The notes under the pieces are model-generated. The model was not told where the DNA came from. It did no database searches and worked only from the letters and a program-made list of their open reading frames with translations. From the NCBI RefSeq assembly GCF_006345805.1, contig NC_042997.1, positions 91,140,001-91,204,000 of the forward strand: a stretch of 64,000 nt of DNA, in the 5' to 3' direction. This document shows, one piece after another, positions 1 to 12,137 of this stretch. The stretch is from Octopus sinensis. Taxonomy: Eukaryota. Position 1 is the first letter of the stretch. Every line of letters begins with the position of its first letter. The translations under genes and the position numbers were made by a program.

Positions 1-222
1 TGTGGAGTAAATGATGGGCTAATTCGACTAACCAACATGCTATGGATCTGTTTGGAGTATTTCAGGCCCTAACCTGTAGGGGGTTATGTGATTTTTGAAC
101 ACACCGAGAAGCTCTCAGTGAATATACTATCTTTTGCAGCAGTTAACGCTGTGTTTAATATGACTCATCATCTGAAATGTTGACACCTCCTTCGGGTTTG
201 TTGTCCTACATTGCTCATATAT

Positions 223-352
223 TTATATATATATCTGTGTATGTATATATATATGTGTATATATATTTTTATGTGTGTGTATATATATATATGTGTGTGT
301 GCGTTTATATATATATATGTGTGTGTGTATATGTATATACATATAAACAGAT
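223..352. repeat. (TA/TG)n compound microsatellite
   Basis: Alternating TA/TG dinucleotide runs; explains the low-complexity ORFs at 177-426. Confidence 0.9.
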
Positions 353-669
353 GTGTGTATTTTTCTCTGGTTAAGAATTAACACAGAAAAAATAGATAAA
401 TCGTTACCTGGGTAGAAAAAAATCACACAAGAAAAAAGGTTGTAACCCCTTGTTTTTAAAGGTAGAAACTTCGGCTTTACGTGAAATATTTTGTATAATA
501 TATATAAATAAATAAACGGAGTTAAACACAGGTGTTATTCAAATTCTTTTACTAATGACATATTTCGAATATATATCACTGGTATTATTCCAAAGGAATA
601 AAATGGTGTAAAACAATGTAATCTTCTTTCATCATTTTGTGTTAAAATATCTTATTGACGAGTTTCATT

Positions 670-2330
670 TCTTCATTTCTCTGAAGAGAAGATTACATTA
701 AGATTATATACTTGCTCTGACGTGTAACCCCCACCAGGAATTATTTTCTTCAACTGCTCAAAATAATTAGCAGCAGCTTTTGTATCAGCACTGGCAGCTT
801 CATTAGTCAATTTTAAGTTGTGCAAATTCAAGTGCTTCTTAACCCTTTCGTTACTATATTTCTGACCAAAATACACCCCTCATGAGTTTCAATTAAATTC
901 TAAAATAATCATGAATCTAGGCTTGTTTCATTAAATAACTGTAACTTTTTTACTTATCAACATATTAATGTGATATTTGGAACATAATTAAAGAAAGGGT
1001 TCTTAATCAATTCTATTGCATAACTTTTGTCTCAAAGTGACTTTAATTACAGGTTAATCCAGGTAAATTGAGCAAAAGGTAAAAATATTAAAATTTTAAA
1101 ATGAAGAAAAGGTAAAAATATTAAAATTTTGTTTAAACATCACCATAGAAAATGAATCATCAGCTAATATTCAAATGGGTATGCAACAAAATTTTGATAA
1201 AGAAGAATTGTGCACATCACTATATCATCAGTTGAATTTAATGCACAACAGGTGTACCATAAAGGTGGAATAAACTGAAATATTGGAATCCACTGTAAGT
1301 TTGACCGAACTAAAGAAATCGGTCAAAAAATAATATACGGCCCTGGTTATGGTATGGAAGTGATAAATTCCAGACCACATCGTTCCCTAGACCATGCTGA
1401 CTAATATTATTTTCCCTGTATAAAAACTAAATCCACACAGTACCCAGTATTTGTTTCACAAATTTTCCGAAATTTGAACCTCCATTTTGTGTTTGTTTAC
1501 ATTCTGCGTAAGTTTGTTTCCGCATTGATCGCTTCAAACAATAACTTCCAGACCACATCATACCCTAAGCCATGCTGACTAACATTAGTTTCCCTGTATA
1601 AAAACTAAATCCACAACAGTACCCAGTATTTGTTTCACAAATTTTCCAATTCGGAATCAATGCTTGATAACATGAAACTCCTATCTATTTTCAAAGTTGA
1701 AGAAAAATCGATGCTGAAAAAAATCTCCCAAAATTCAGGGAATTAAAATTACACGTCAATCTTTGTACAAAACTGTAGATGAACTGTTTACGAAGCATAA
1801 TCACGTGTTTTCAAGAATGTACTAAAGAGATTTGCTCTGATATTCTCATTTAAATATGAATAGGTAAATTCGGGCGGGTTTGGTCACATTAACCAAAATT
1901 TTTTTCGAGCAGCTTTGGGCGGTTTGGTAACAAAAGGGTTAAACCTTTCAAACCAGTTTTTTCTAGCCAGAAAATAATTTTCATTAGAAGTTTCACCATC
2001 CTATTTCTGAAAATCATCATACAAACTTTTGGATTTTTTAAATCACCATTGTGCTTATTGGCATGTGTCAAATCTGATACTTGATCTATACACTAAAGGA
2101 CCAATCCATTTTAAGTACTACACTAAATCTATGAAAAGTGTCTGAACATTAATAGAGTAACCTCTTGAATATTTGATTTAATTTTCTCTCTATTGTCCTA
2201 AATTCTTTCAACTATGTAAAGATTACAAGATTTCTCATTTGGCAATGTGGCTGATTTTTCTTTCTCCTGCATCAAAATTTTTAAAACATCAAGTTTAATA
2301 TCTAGTGTAATCTTTTCTCAGACGTTTAGA
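670..2330 (-). mobile_element. Decayed Tigger/pogo (Tc1-mariner superfamily) transposase relic, interrupted by an insertion at 843-1938
   Basis: Minus-strand pieces read KITLDIKLDVLK..FDAGERKISHIA (psq-type HTH, ~2230-2320), MPISTMVI..KSLYDDF (CENP-B-type HTH, ~2000-2070) and WFERFKKHLNLHNLKLTNEAASADTKAAANYFEQLKKIIPGGGYTSEQVYN (~690-1960 once the insertion is removed). These motifs are typical of Tigger transposases. Confidence 0.85.
843..1938. mobile_element. Non-autonomous piggyBac-type element (TTAA TSD)
   Basis: TTAA at 839-842 and 1939-1942; terminal inverted repeats CCCTTTCGTTAC / GTAACAAAAGGG (1 mismatch); removing it restores the Tigger reading frame. Confidence 0.85.
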
Positions 2331-3542
2331 ACTGTAGGAAAATCCAATCAACAATTAGCCACAATTAATATGTAATAAAAAAAAAATAGCACCTGGATAG
2401 TAGTTTTGTGAGAGTAAAAAATTGCTATCTTATTCCTATGGCTGTAAGAATGGAAATGAGAGGATGAAAAGGGAAAGAGTGAGGTGGGAGGAAGTCTGTA
2501 TGATTATAATTAGTGGAAGAGTTACCAGGTTCATGAGCATTTTTCACTCTGCACCCATTTCATACTCTGTTATAGTGACAAAAAACCTATGTAGTTATGG
2601 ATATTGTTATCCTCACTGATACTATTGTCACTGCTGTAGTGTCAGTGGTGTTGTTTGTATTGGTTTTCATGTTGGCGATGGTGGTGGCCCTAGACATATT
2701 GTTCTTGTTAATGGTATTATTGTTGTTTCAAGTCAATTCTCATTGACCTAAGATCAGACATTTCATTCAACATTTAAAATACACAAAGGTAATGCATTTT
2801 TTTTTTAGATTGTGTTATCTTGTTTATACTATTGTTGCTGTTGTTGGTCATTTAATGAGTTAGTGGATTAAAAATGGTGGTGGGTTGTATTGGTTTTGGT
2901 GGTGATACTGGTTGTGTTGGTATTGATGATAAACAGTGGTAATGATGTCATTACAAGAAAATACAAAAACAAATACTCATAGTGAAAAATTCTGTCACAC
3001 TCTGAGAGTGTTTATAATGATACATACACAAAACATTTTCACACACCTACATACATTTATGTGTGATTTGTATGTGTGTATGTAGATATGCATGTATGTA
3101 TTGTGATAATAGTTTTTCAAATTACTAATAACTTTTATCTCAGCTAAAACACCAAGAAGCAATCTTTTGGCTAGGAGAAAAGCATACTTTTAAAATTCTT
3201 AGAATTTATGAGTTTTCATGTGAGAAATTACAGATCACATCCTGAAATTAATAGTCATACTTTACAATTTACGTAAGCAATAAATCCTGTAATCTGAGGT
3301 AGCTGTAACAAGGGTGATGTGTATGTGTGGTGCATGTGTGAGTGTACGTATAATACATATATGTGTGTGTGTGTCTATATGAGTTAGAGGTTAAACAACC
3401 ATCTAAGGGATAATAAATATCCTATATACCACTGGATGTATACCTATATATTTATATCCAAATGCTTACTGTTGTAAGGCAACAAGCACAACTGAATAAT
3501 AGGTATGAGTGGAGGTAAACTAAAGTTTACCCAGAGTTTATA

Positions 3543-4085
3543 AGGCAAAGAAGAAAATGGAGAAGATAATTAGTTGACAAACATCAGCTACAAAAAAATC
3601 AACTGAATCTATTTATTAATTACAATCATATACATAAAGAAATAAATAAACAAACAGATAAATAAGAATAAATGGGTGATTAAAATTTTCCTCTTACAGC
3701 TGTTTCTATTTTGGTGGTCCAGCATCCCTCATTAATTAGAAAAATAATGTAGTCTCACAACCTCTAGATATTATCTTGGAATTTACTTCTTTACCATTTC
3801 TTACTATTTTTATTATTTTTTATTTTACTTCTTTACATTTTACTTCTTAACATTACAGACTCTCTGATGAAGCTTTGGGGCTCAATTATTGTTCAACCTT
3901 TGTGCAATCTCAGTATAATATTGGTATGATGTGTCAACTATGGCATGCTGGCCCCACAAAGTAGAAACAACTGTAAGAGGAAAATTTTATTCACCCATTT
4001 ATTCTTATTTATTTCTTTATCCATATGATTGTAATTAATAAATAGATGTTTGTCAACTAATTATCTTCCCCCATTTTCTTCTTTG

Positions 4086-4088
<3 letters not shown>
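3543..4088. mobile_element. TA-flanked foldback element with ~160-190 bp inverted arms
   Basis: Left arm AGGCAAAGAAGAAAATGGAGAAGATAATTAGTTGACAAAC...CCTCTTACAGCTGTTTCTA matches the reverse complement of the right arm ...TAGAAACAACTGTAAGAGG...GTTTGTCAACTAATTATCTTCCCCATTTTCTTCTTTGCCT; TA on both sides. Confidence 0.8.
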
Positions 4089-4137
<49 letters not shown>

Positions 4138-4905
4138 GGCAGTTTGTCTGTGCGTGTTTCTGTGTGTCTGTTTTCTTGTACCCTCACCCTGACCACGGCT
4201 TTCAACCGATTCTGATGAAACTTGACACACACATAGCCCAATGTCATAATTCAAAACTAACGCAGCGAACATTTTGAAAAGTTCCCCCAGTCCTGAAAAA
4301 AATCGATAAATTCGACATGGGGTCGAGAATCAGAAACACAAACCGCAAACTATCTAGGGGACGCAAATCCACCTTTTTTAACTAAAAAAAAATTTACCAT
4401 AATTTTTTTCCATCTTTTTGCTATTTTTTGGCTATAACTTTCTAAAAATGCTTTATAGTTATTTCCCTTACAAACCTGAGCAACGCCGGGCGATACTGCT
4501 AGTATATATATATATATTATATATATATATATATATAAACGGCAGTTTGTCTGTGCGTGTTTCTGTGTGTCTGTTTTCTTGTACCCTCACCCTGACCACG
4601 GCTTTCAACCGATTCTGATGAAACTTGACACACACATAGCCCAATGTCATAATTCAAAACTAACGCAGCGAACATTTTGAAAAGTTCCCCCAGTTCTGAA
4701 AAAAATCGATAAATTCGACATGGGGTCGAGAATCAGAAACACAAACCGCAAACTATCTAGGGGACGCAAATCCACCTTTTTTAACTAAAAAAAAATTTAC
4801 CATAATTTTTTTCCATCTTTTTGCTATTTTTTGGCTATAACTTTCTAAAAATGCTTTATAGTTATTTCCCTTACAAACCTGAGCAACGCCGGGCGATACT
4901 GCTAG
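4089..4905 (+). mobile_element. Head-to-tail dimer of a ~370-bp non-autonomous Helitron, each unit preceded by (TA)n
   Basis: Units 4134-4502 and 4537-4905 (period 403 bp; one substitution seen). Both end in CGCCGGGCGATACTGCTAG followed by T, i.e. a short hairpin plus the CTAG Helitron 3' terminus. Confidence 0.85.
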
Positions 4906-4929
4906 TATATATATATATATATATATATA

Positions 4930-5307
4930 TTCTTTTATTTGTTTCAGTCACCTGACTGCAGCTATGCTGGAGCACTGCCTTTAGTCGAATAAATCGACTC
5001 CAGGACTTATTCTTTGTAAGCATAGTACTTATCTTATTGGTCTCTTTTGCTGAAACGCTAAGTTACAGGGACATAAACACACCAACATCAGTTGTCAAGC
5101 GATGGGTGGCAGAACAAACACACACACATATATATATATACGACGAGCTTCTTCCAGTTTCCACCTACCAAATCCACTCACAAGGCTTTGGTTGGCCCAA
5201 GGTGCCACGCAATGTGACTGAAACAGGAACAATGTGGTTGGTAAGCAAAGAATTTACCACACAGGCACTCTTGCGCCTATAGCTTACCACACAGCCACTC
5301 CTGCACC
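4930..5307 (-). mobile_element. tRNA-derived SINE (family S1) with a duplicated head
   Basis: Reverse strand has an A-box-like GTGGCTGTGTGGTAAG and a decayed B-box, central (TA/TG)n and a 3' GACTGAAACAAATAAAAGA; same family at 12138, 23118, 42395 and 43571. Confidence 0.8.
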
Positions 5308-5319
5308 TATATATATATA

Positions 5320-5545
5320 AAACTAATTAATGAATGAGAAAAGAACAAGAGTTACATAATCACCTTCATTAGTTTATAGCTGTTTCTTCTCTAAGAAGCA
5401 ATACACTCTGAACTGCATGCTTGTGTAACGACTTATAGTTTCCTCGGAGCATTGAGGACAATGATTTTTAAAGCACAAACAATTGTAAGCTGACGGAAAT
5501 GACTATATAATTCTTGTTCTTTTGTTATTCATTAATTGATGTTAT
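5320..5545. mobile_element. Small foldback/inverted-repeat element
   Basis: AATTAATGAATGAGAAAAGAACAAGAGTTACATAATCA is inverted relative to TGACTATATAATTCTTGTTCTTTTGTTATTCATTAATT. Confidence 0.65.
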
Positions 5546-7486
5546 GCTCTGTACTTTCCTGACTTTTACTGTAAAGCATAAGTTTATTGAGTTCTAACAA
5601 CTAGCTATTAGTATAGCTATGCCAAAGAGAAATTGCGTGTGTACATACAAACACCACGAAAGAGAGAGGGGAGATTAAGGATTCCCTTTTAGTGTACTTA
5701 AGTGCCCCTCACCTGCAGTAACTAAAAACTTTGGTAAATTTTAGGAAGTACCCAAAATTTAACGAAACTTTTGGTGAACGTTATAATAAATCCTCGCTTA
5801 TATCGCATTTTATTAGTTATGTTAGAAATGTTCCTAGTTGAACTACTTGCTGTTATGTTGTGAATTACTTGCCTCAGAACATGTTGATCAGAAATGTTGA
5901 CTTAAGTGCATTTATAATGATTTCTAAATGAAATAATAGACGAGAGGTGCTTAATATTCGTCTCTGTATTTTCCTGTAGTATATTTATTTTTGCCCGAAG
6001 TAATCATACACTTTTGTTGTGACAACCTGAACAAAAGAAAAGATATTCTATATGCTCCTCTGTATTGTGACAGTATTCGTTTATATTTAAACCTAATGAG
6101 TAGAATATAATTAAAGGCATTTCATCTAAGACTATAAATTTCGTTTATTATTTTTTCAAGACGTAGTGTGTGATAATGGGAAAATCTGACTGATGTTTCT
6201 AGTATGTCAAGCGATTATGTAGAGGATTTCTCGTCGACTCATTACAGTATTCGATTATTGTAAAAGCGGAACTCTAAATAGGTACAGAGCTGAAGTACTA
6301 TTAGATATATGAAATACATAGATGAGTTATTTGATCTTTATAATACAATTGTAATAATATATAATAACTCACAGAAAATCTGTTTTCTTTATGATAGCTT
6401 GTGATTTGAAATTTTGCGTCACATGTAACATTGTGCATTCAATTGGATCTTACAGAACCAGACTTGTACACAAACTAAAAGTTATTAAATGGAATTCCTA
6501 GGTTGATGTCATAGGTTCATGTGATATTGGAACCAACACGATGTCAGGTACACGAAGATATACACGCAGAACAGAAATGTACTTTTGGTTAACTTCTATT
6601 TTTAAGAACGTGAACTGTTTTAACCCCACAAACTGATAGTCCCTCGATAGAAGTTTCAAGAAATTTAATCGCTCTTATTTTGTTTTGAAAGAAAAAAACT
6701 TTAAATCAAGTTTGTTGATGACGTAGTGAGCTATAATAAAATAATTATATCAATTAGAATTATATTTGTTATTACTGGATTTACCTAATCACTGTTAAGA
6801 TACATCTTCAAAACAATTCAAATATAAGGTACTGTGATTAAGTGCTTTCTTATAAAGGAATGAAACAAGAATTTTCCAAAACAGGAAGTAGGAAATTACG
6901 ATCTTTGTTTTATGTATCTAAATGATCATTGAATTTTATTTCAATGTGCAAACTCCGAGTTTCCAGATGAAAAGGTAATACAGATCAACAATTGTGTTAT
7001 TATATAGATATAACACTCACACAAACATATCTCATCTAACACATCGCACATGCATATTAAAAGGTGAGCTTTGAGTTTAACACTTCGCTTACACTATTAT
7101 CGAACAAACTGAAGGATTGATTTGGTTAATTCAAGACTAAATTGTAATCCCAAGAGTCCAGAAATTGTCAATAGCAAATAATAACTACACGGCGTTCCCC
7201 TCCCCCTGCTTTTCCAGCTGACGAAAGTCTGTGGGGTTATATATACCTATAGAAGGAACTAGATACATATAGGTATATACTTATATATATAACCATCTGG
7301 ATGGATATTTTAAAAACAAAACAAGTGATTAACACACTGAATTACTTAAAAAGCACATAATAAGATTTGGCTAAAACGTAAACATATGAACAAAGGTAAC
7401 AACACACTTTCAATAAATTGCTATTCTACAACTTAAAAAAACAAGTAAATTAGGAAAACTGTAAACCCCTGATAAAAAATACTCAC

Positions 7487-7579
7487 AACAGCTATTGTAG
7501 TGAGGACACATGCAGTTGTATAAGCCCTAGTTATAGGGGGCATCTGCATGTATTCTTGCTGAAAAGTTTGTGCTGCCAT
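7487..7579 (-). CDS. DERL2: Derlin-2 (ERAD rhomboid pseudoprotease), coding exon 1
   Basis: 93 nt encode MAAQTFQQEYMQMPPITRAYTTACVLTTIAV, matching the Derlin-2/3 N-terminus (RAYTTACVLTT), followed by a GTGAGT donor in phase 0. I could not find exon 2 in 1-7486. Confidence 0.92.
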
Positions 7580-7586
7580 TGCTGAG

Positions 7587-7610
7587 TGCCACGTGTTAAT
7601 GCGCATGCGT
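7587..7610. promoter_or_regulatory. CCACGTG (CREB3/XBP1-like bZIP or E-box) site plus an NRF1-like GCGCATGCG palindrome just upstream of the DERL2 ATG
   Basis: TGCCACGTGT at 7587-7596 and TGCGCATGCGT at 7600-7610 in a locally CpG-rich segment; motif match only. Confidence 0.5.
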
Positions 7611-10600
7611 GCCTCCAACGCCTGGCAAGTTCTCATTGCCAGATCGGCCGTTTCTGAGAAGCTCGATTTTTCTATTTCCAATTGTTTCTCAAATAGAGAA
7701 ACTCTTCTTTACTCTTTCAGTGTGTGTTGATTTGCTATATTGTATCTTTATTCACTTTTCCCTCTAATAAAAAATATAATTGCGTGACTATTAAACTGAG
7801 TACATATATAGCTGTATGGCTTACAAGTTCGTTTCACAACGACGTTGTTTAGGTTTCGATCTCATTGCGAAACACCTTTGGCAAGTGTCTTTTACTTTTC
7901 TTCCAGTTCATTAATATCTTGTGAGTGGAACTTGGTAGACAGGAAACTCATCATAATGTGTAACTGATAACACTTATTAGGTTTGATATAGAAAAAAAAA
8001 TTTTTTAACCTATGAAGTTGGGCTTTTTTACATGTATCTACTACCAGATACAGTGTAGGGGTACACATCGTATCTTGGTCCGGAAATTCCATCAGATTTC
8101 AGAAAAGTTTTAGATATATTGAAGACAAGCATTTACATTTTAGAAAGGGGACTAAAAATGTCTTTGTTCACTAATAAAATTCTTCTCAGATGTCCTGACA
8201 ACTTGTATGTATTTAGTTTGTATAACCTCCTCTGAAAAGTGGGTGATATTACTCTGAACAAGGTTTTACAATGATTAATTTTGCCTTTGATTTGTTGATC
8301 AACCACAGGGTAATGTGTAGATAATGCACTTGTGAATTCAGTAGTTGCATATGTGTAGGAATTTAGCTGTAGAAGTTGTGAAGAGAATTTCAATTTTCAG
8401 GAAGAAAAAAAAATCAAATGTAATGCTTAGGAAATGTAGTAGGAGAGTTACTAGAGATGTTAAAGGGACATAGGGCAGAGGATAAAAAATTCTTCTAAAA
8501 AATCCCAGAAAGCTAGATTTATTTATTTACTATTTATTCTGAACAGTATTGAATAGGATATGAGATCAAATTTTCTGCAGCTATTTCATCTAGCTGTAAA
8601 AATTGAGCTATTTTATGGTAATAAACTAGCATCATTTTATGGGAGGAAAGTATCTCTTTTCCATTAAGCACAATGAAAATCAAAAAGAATATTTGTCCTA
8701 TGGATTTCTATGATTTGTGACAATCATTTTCATCATTTCGCATCTACTTTCCATACAAATATGAGTTGTATGGGTTATGACTGTCTCAATCAGTTCTTAT
8801 TCACAGTTACTGCTCTCCTAGATGTATCAGGAAATCATGCCTTGCTTGTACAATTGTAAAAACTAACATTTCCTTTTTCTGAGCTGAGATTCAAAACCGA
8901 ATCTAAGGACTCTCACTTGCCTGATGCACCACTGGCCAAACAGGCACGAAAGAAATTTCTTTGTCCTGTTAAAAAGTGATTGATGGTTTTCACTTCGGCC
9001 TACAACCTGAGCCATGACATTTAAGATTCAAGTGGATAGGAGGCGACCTACATAGGTAGAAATTACTCCTGTGGTATGTCTGTCCTTCTAGCTATTATGA
9101 CCATTATAAATACAGTCAGACATACAACAGAGGCAGACAGCCAGCAAGTAACTTGTGCCAGTTAAGTAGCCAACAGAGAACCACATATTCAGCAAGAACA
9201 CCCTAGCACAGTAGCAGATGCGGAGCATAAACAGACACCACTGAATGACCAATGCACACACAGATACAAAACATGCCCGGTTCTACCTCATCCCATTGAC
9301 ACAGTATTTCCCCTGTTTATTTTCTTCTTCACCAACTCGAAGCAAGTTGGTAATGTCATGTAGTGAATTTTTTGGTATATACAACAAGGAAATGGAAATG
9401 TTTAAATAAATTATTTAAACCACAATCTGATGCTTTCCCATTGTTTTACTTTGATGTCATCCACATGCCTCTCTCATCTGCCACCTCAACATCTTTTGCT
9501 ACACCTTTCCCACTTCACATTTCTCTTTTGGCTTGGTTTCTATGGCTGGATGCTCTTCTGATTATCAACAATTTTATAGAATATGCTGGATGTATTTTAT
9601 CATGGCATCAAGACTAGGGAGGTTTTCTAAAACAATGTAGAGTTGAGAAAGGATTCTCTCAACTCTACATTGTATTAGCATGTTTACCAACCACTTTACA
9701 GAGTGTTGTGAGTTTATTTTAACATGGTACCAACATTTTAGCAAGGTTTTGTTATATCATCATCAGAAATGGTGAGGATAGGAAGTACTGGGTACTACCA
9801 ACATTATTAACACCAACAACATAACACAGAGCAAATGGAGAGGGGAGAGCATAGTAGGATGTAGATTTGACTTGGACATATTGGGTAAGAAACTTAAATG
9901 AGTATGCATATACATATACATATACATACATACACAGACATATACATATAGACCATTGATTTGCTACACAAACATGGGTGTCAAATCTTTTCCAGTACTA
10001 TGTGATACAGTCCTTAATCATCTTATTTGGAAGATGCAACATTTTATGGTTAGTTTTCTTCACTTTGTCCTTCTCCCACTTCCACAAGTTCCATTCACTT
10101 TAAGCACTTGGCACTTTTTCTTTTATACAGCTGTCATTCTCTATACCTATCACATGTGTACTTTTCTCTCTCACACCTTACATCTGATTCTGCATATATC
10201 CAATTTTACTCTCAGCTCATTTGTACTCTGAAATTCATGTATTACACAACTAGCAGATCATACATGCTTCATTTTCTTCCTAGTTTTCACAAGTCTTCAG
10301 CATTCTGAGTCCATATCTCACAACTATGCGGCATTGCAGTTTGTACACAAGCATCATACAATCTGCTTGTCACTCTCAGACCAAAATCCTTTGCTGCCAG
10401 CAGAAATAATCACTTCCTGAACTTGCTCTTCAACTAATTAGGTCTCTGTAGTAACAGAAGTTAAATTAACTACTACAGGGAGCTTTCAGGGAATATGATA
10501 TACTCTATTTTCCATGTGTTCATTGTGCTTATTGTTTCTGTGCATTACTACATAAAAAGATTGTCTTCCTTATTAGATTGCCTGTGGTTCAACTATACTT

Positions 10601-10809
10601 CTTATATACCCATAGTTTATGATGAGTGCTCTACATGGAATATTTACCTATTCTTTTTCTGTATATCAAGCAAGGCCATTTCCCTAATGGGAGCAGTATT
10701 TCATCTACCTACTTCTTTCCTACTTCAGTCTTTGCTAAGTTTGCTTCAGGATCTTGCAGCACCAAATTTTTCTTTCATGTTTGAAATTTTTTCTCTAATT
10801 TTACTACAG

Positions 10810-11200
10810 ACTTGGCTGTACGAATGAAGTCATTAACAAATAGGGAACAGATAATCTGAAGCTCATCTACTATAGCATGGAGGGCTATGATAATTGAAAG
10901 AGAATGAGAACTGAGTGCTTATGGGCCCCTGCCTGTTTGCTAAATTTATTGCTGTATTCATTGCTGATTGTATCTTTGTACATGCCTTGTATAGTCTTCA
11001 CAATACCTCTGTTTTAGCAACCACCAGATGACAGAGGGAGACTTCCTGTCACAAGTCTTCTCCAGGTCAACAAATGCTAGGTATAGTAATTCACTCCTGA
11101 TTAAATCCTGTAGTTCTCCCACTGGGAGGATCACACCTGTAAAACTTCTTCCTGGCACAAAACTGAAATGCATCTCATTACTAATTCTCATCCTAATCAA
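10810..11200 (-). mobile_element. RTE-clade LINE reverse transcriptase fragment
   Basis: LYLAFVDLEKTCDRKSPSVIWWLLK resembles the RTE motif (AFVDLEKAFDRVPR.VIWW), followed by decayed QGS and LF.DD motifs. Confidence 0.7.
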
Positions 11201-11508
11201 TTTTTCAACAACTCTTTCTATAACTTACATAATATGTCCAACAATTTAATACTCCGGTATTTTTTTATTTTCTGTAGTGAATCTCAGTTGCTCTTGTAAT
11301 GGTTGAAACAATGATGCTGCGACATCACTTATTAAGTGTAACATCTTCATGTACTACCTGACTATTCAGGTGACTATCCTGAACCCTATTCAGCCAGGCA
11401 TTTTAAGCATGTCAACAGTAATTCTTGAGAGAGAAAAGTTGCCTTCCTTGCCCTCATATCCTTTTAACTATTTACTGTTTTCAATGTGAATGGTTGATTC
11501 CTCTAATG

Positions 11509-11847
11509 CAGTGGTTCTCAACTGAGGTCCATATGGCCCCAGAAGGTTCATATAAAATTTTTGAGAGTCCATGCAACAAAATAGTAAATTGAAGATCCGC
11601 AATAGAATTTTAAGGGTCCCTGAAAAATTTTACTTTAGGTGTATGTATTGCAAGAAACAGCTAGGTTTCTTTCTCTAACATTTTACATAGCTCTACCTAC
11701 ATAAGTTAATGTGTAAAAAAACAGAATAGGAATTTTGAAAGAAGTTTCTAAAAAACGAGTTTTTAAATATTGAATGGCTATGGGGGTCCACCAGAATAAA
11801 ATAGTAATCAATGGGGTCCATAGATAAAAAATGGCTAAGAACCCCTG
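11509..11847. mobile_element. hAT (Charlie-like) MITE
   Basis: TIRs CAGTGGTTCTCAAC / GCTAAGAACCCCTG; 8-bp TSD CTCTAATG (11501-11508) versus CTCTAATT (11848-11855). Confidence 0.85.
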
Positions 11848-12137
11848 CTCTAATTGGTGTATCTTGTGAAATCCTCTTTTTCTCATTCATTCTCTTCATT
11901 CAACAGCTTCTTGTAGTGGCTCTTCCATGCATTTTTCTTTTGAATTTCAGTAAGAACATTTGTGCCATTATCATTCCGTACACACTTCTCCCTCATGATG
12001 TTCTGATTCTTTATAATTCACTACTTTAAAACCTGGACACCTCATGCCTCTGATCCTCTTGCCATAGAAAGAACATTGGTAAATCTCTTACTTTCTGTGT
12101 CTCTCTGCTTTGAACATCTGATATTTTAGTTTCTCTT

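Noticed and set aside
177-426. ORFs rich in Y/I/V/C (also at 4050-4650 and 50546-50755)
   Set aside because: They are translations of (TA)n/(TG)n microsatellites.
1-7486. DERL2 exon 2 (expected QL...TPFQLYFNP)
   Set aside because: I scanned candidate acceptor/donor pairs (e.g. ~6450, ~6780, ~7090) and none encodes it; it probably lies outside the window.
7580-7681. In-frame N-terminal extension of DERL2 (upstream TTG/ATG codons)
   Set aside because: Homology starts at MAAQ; the extension overlaps promoter-like motifs and has no similarity to Derlins.
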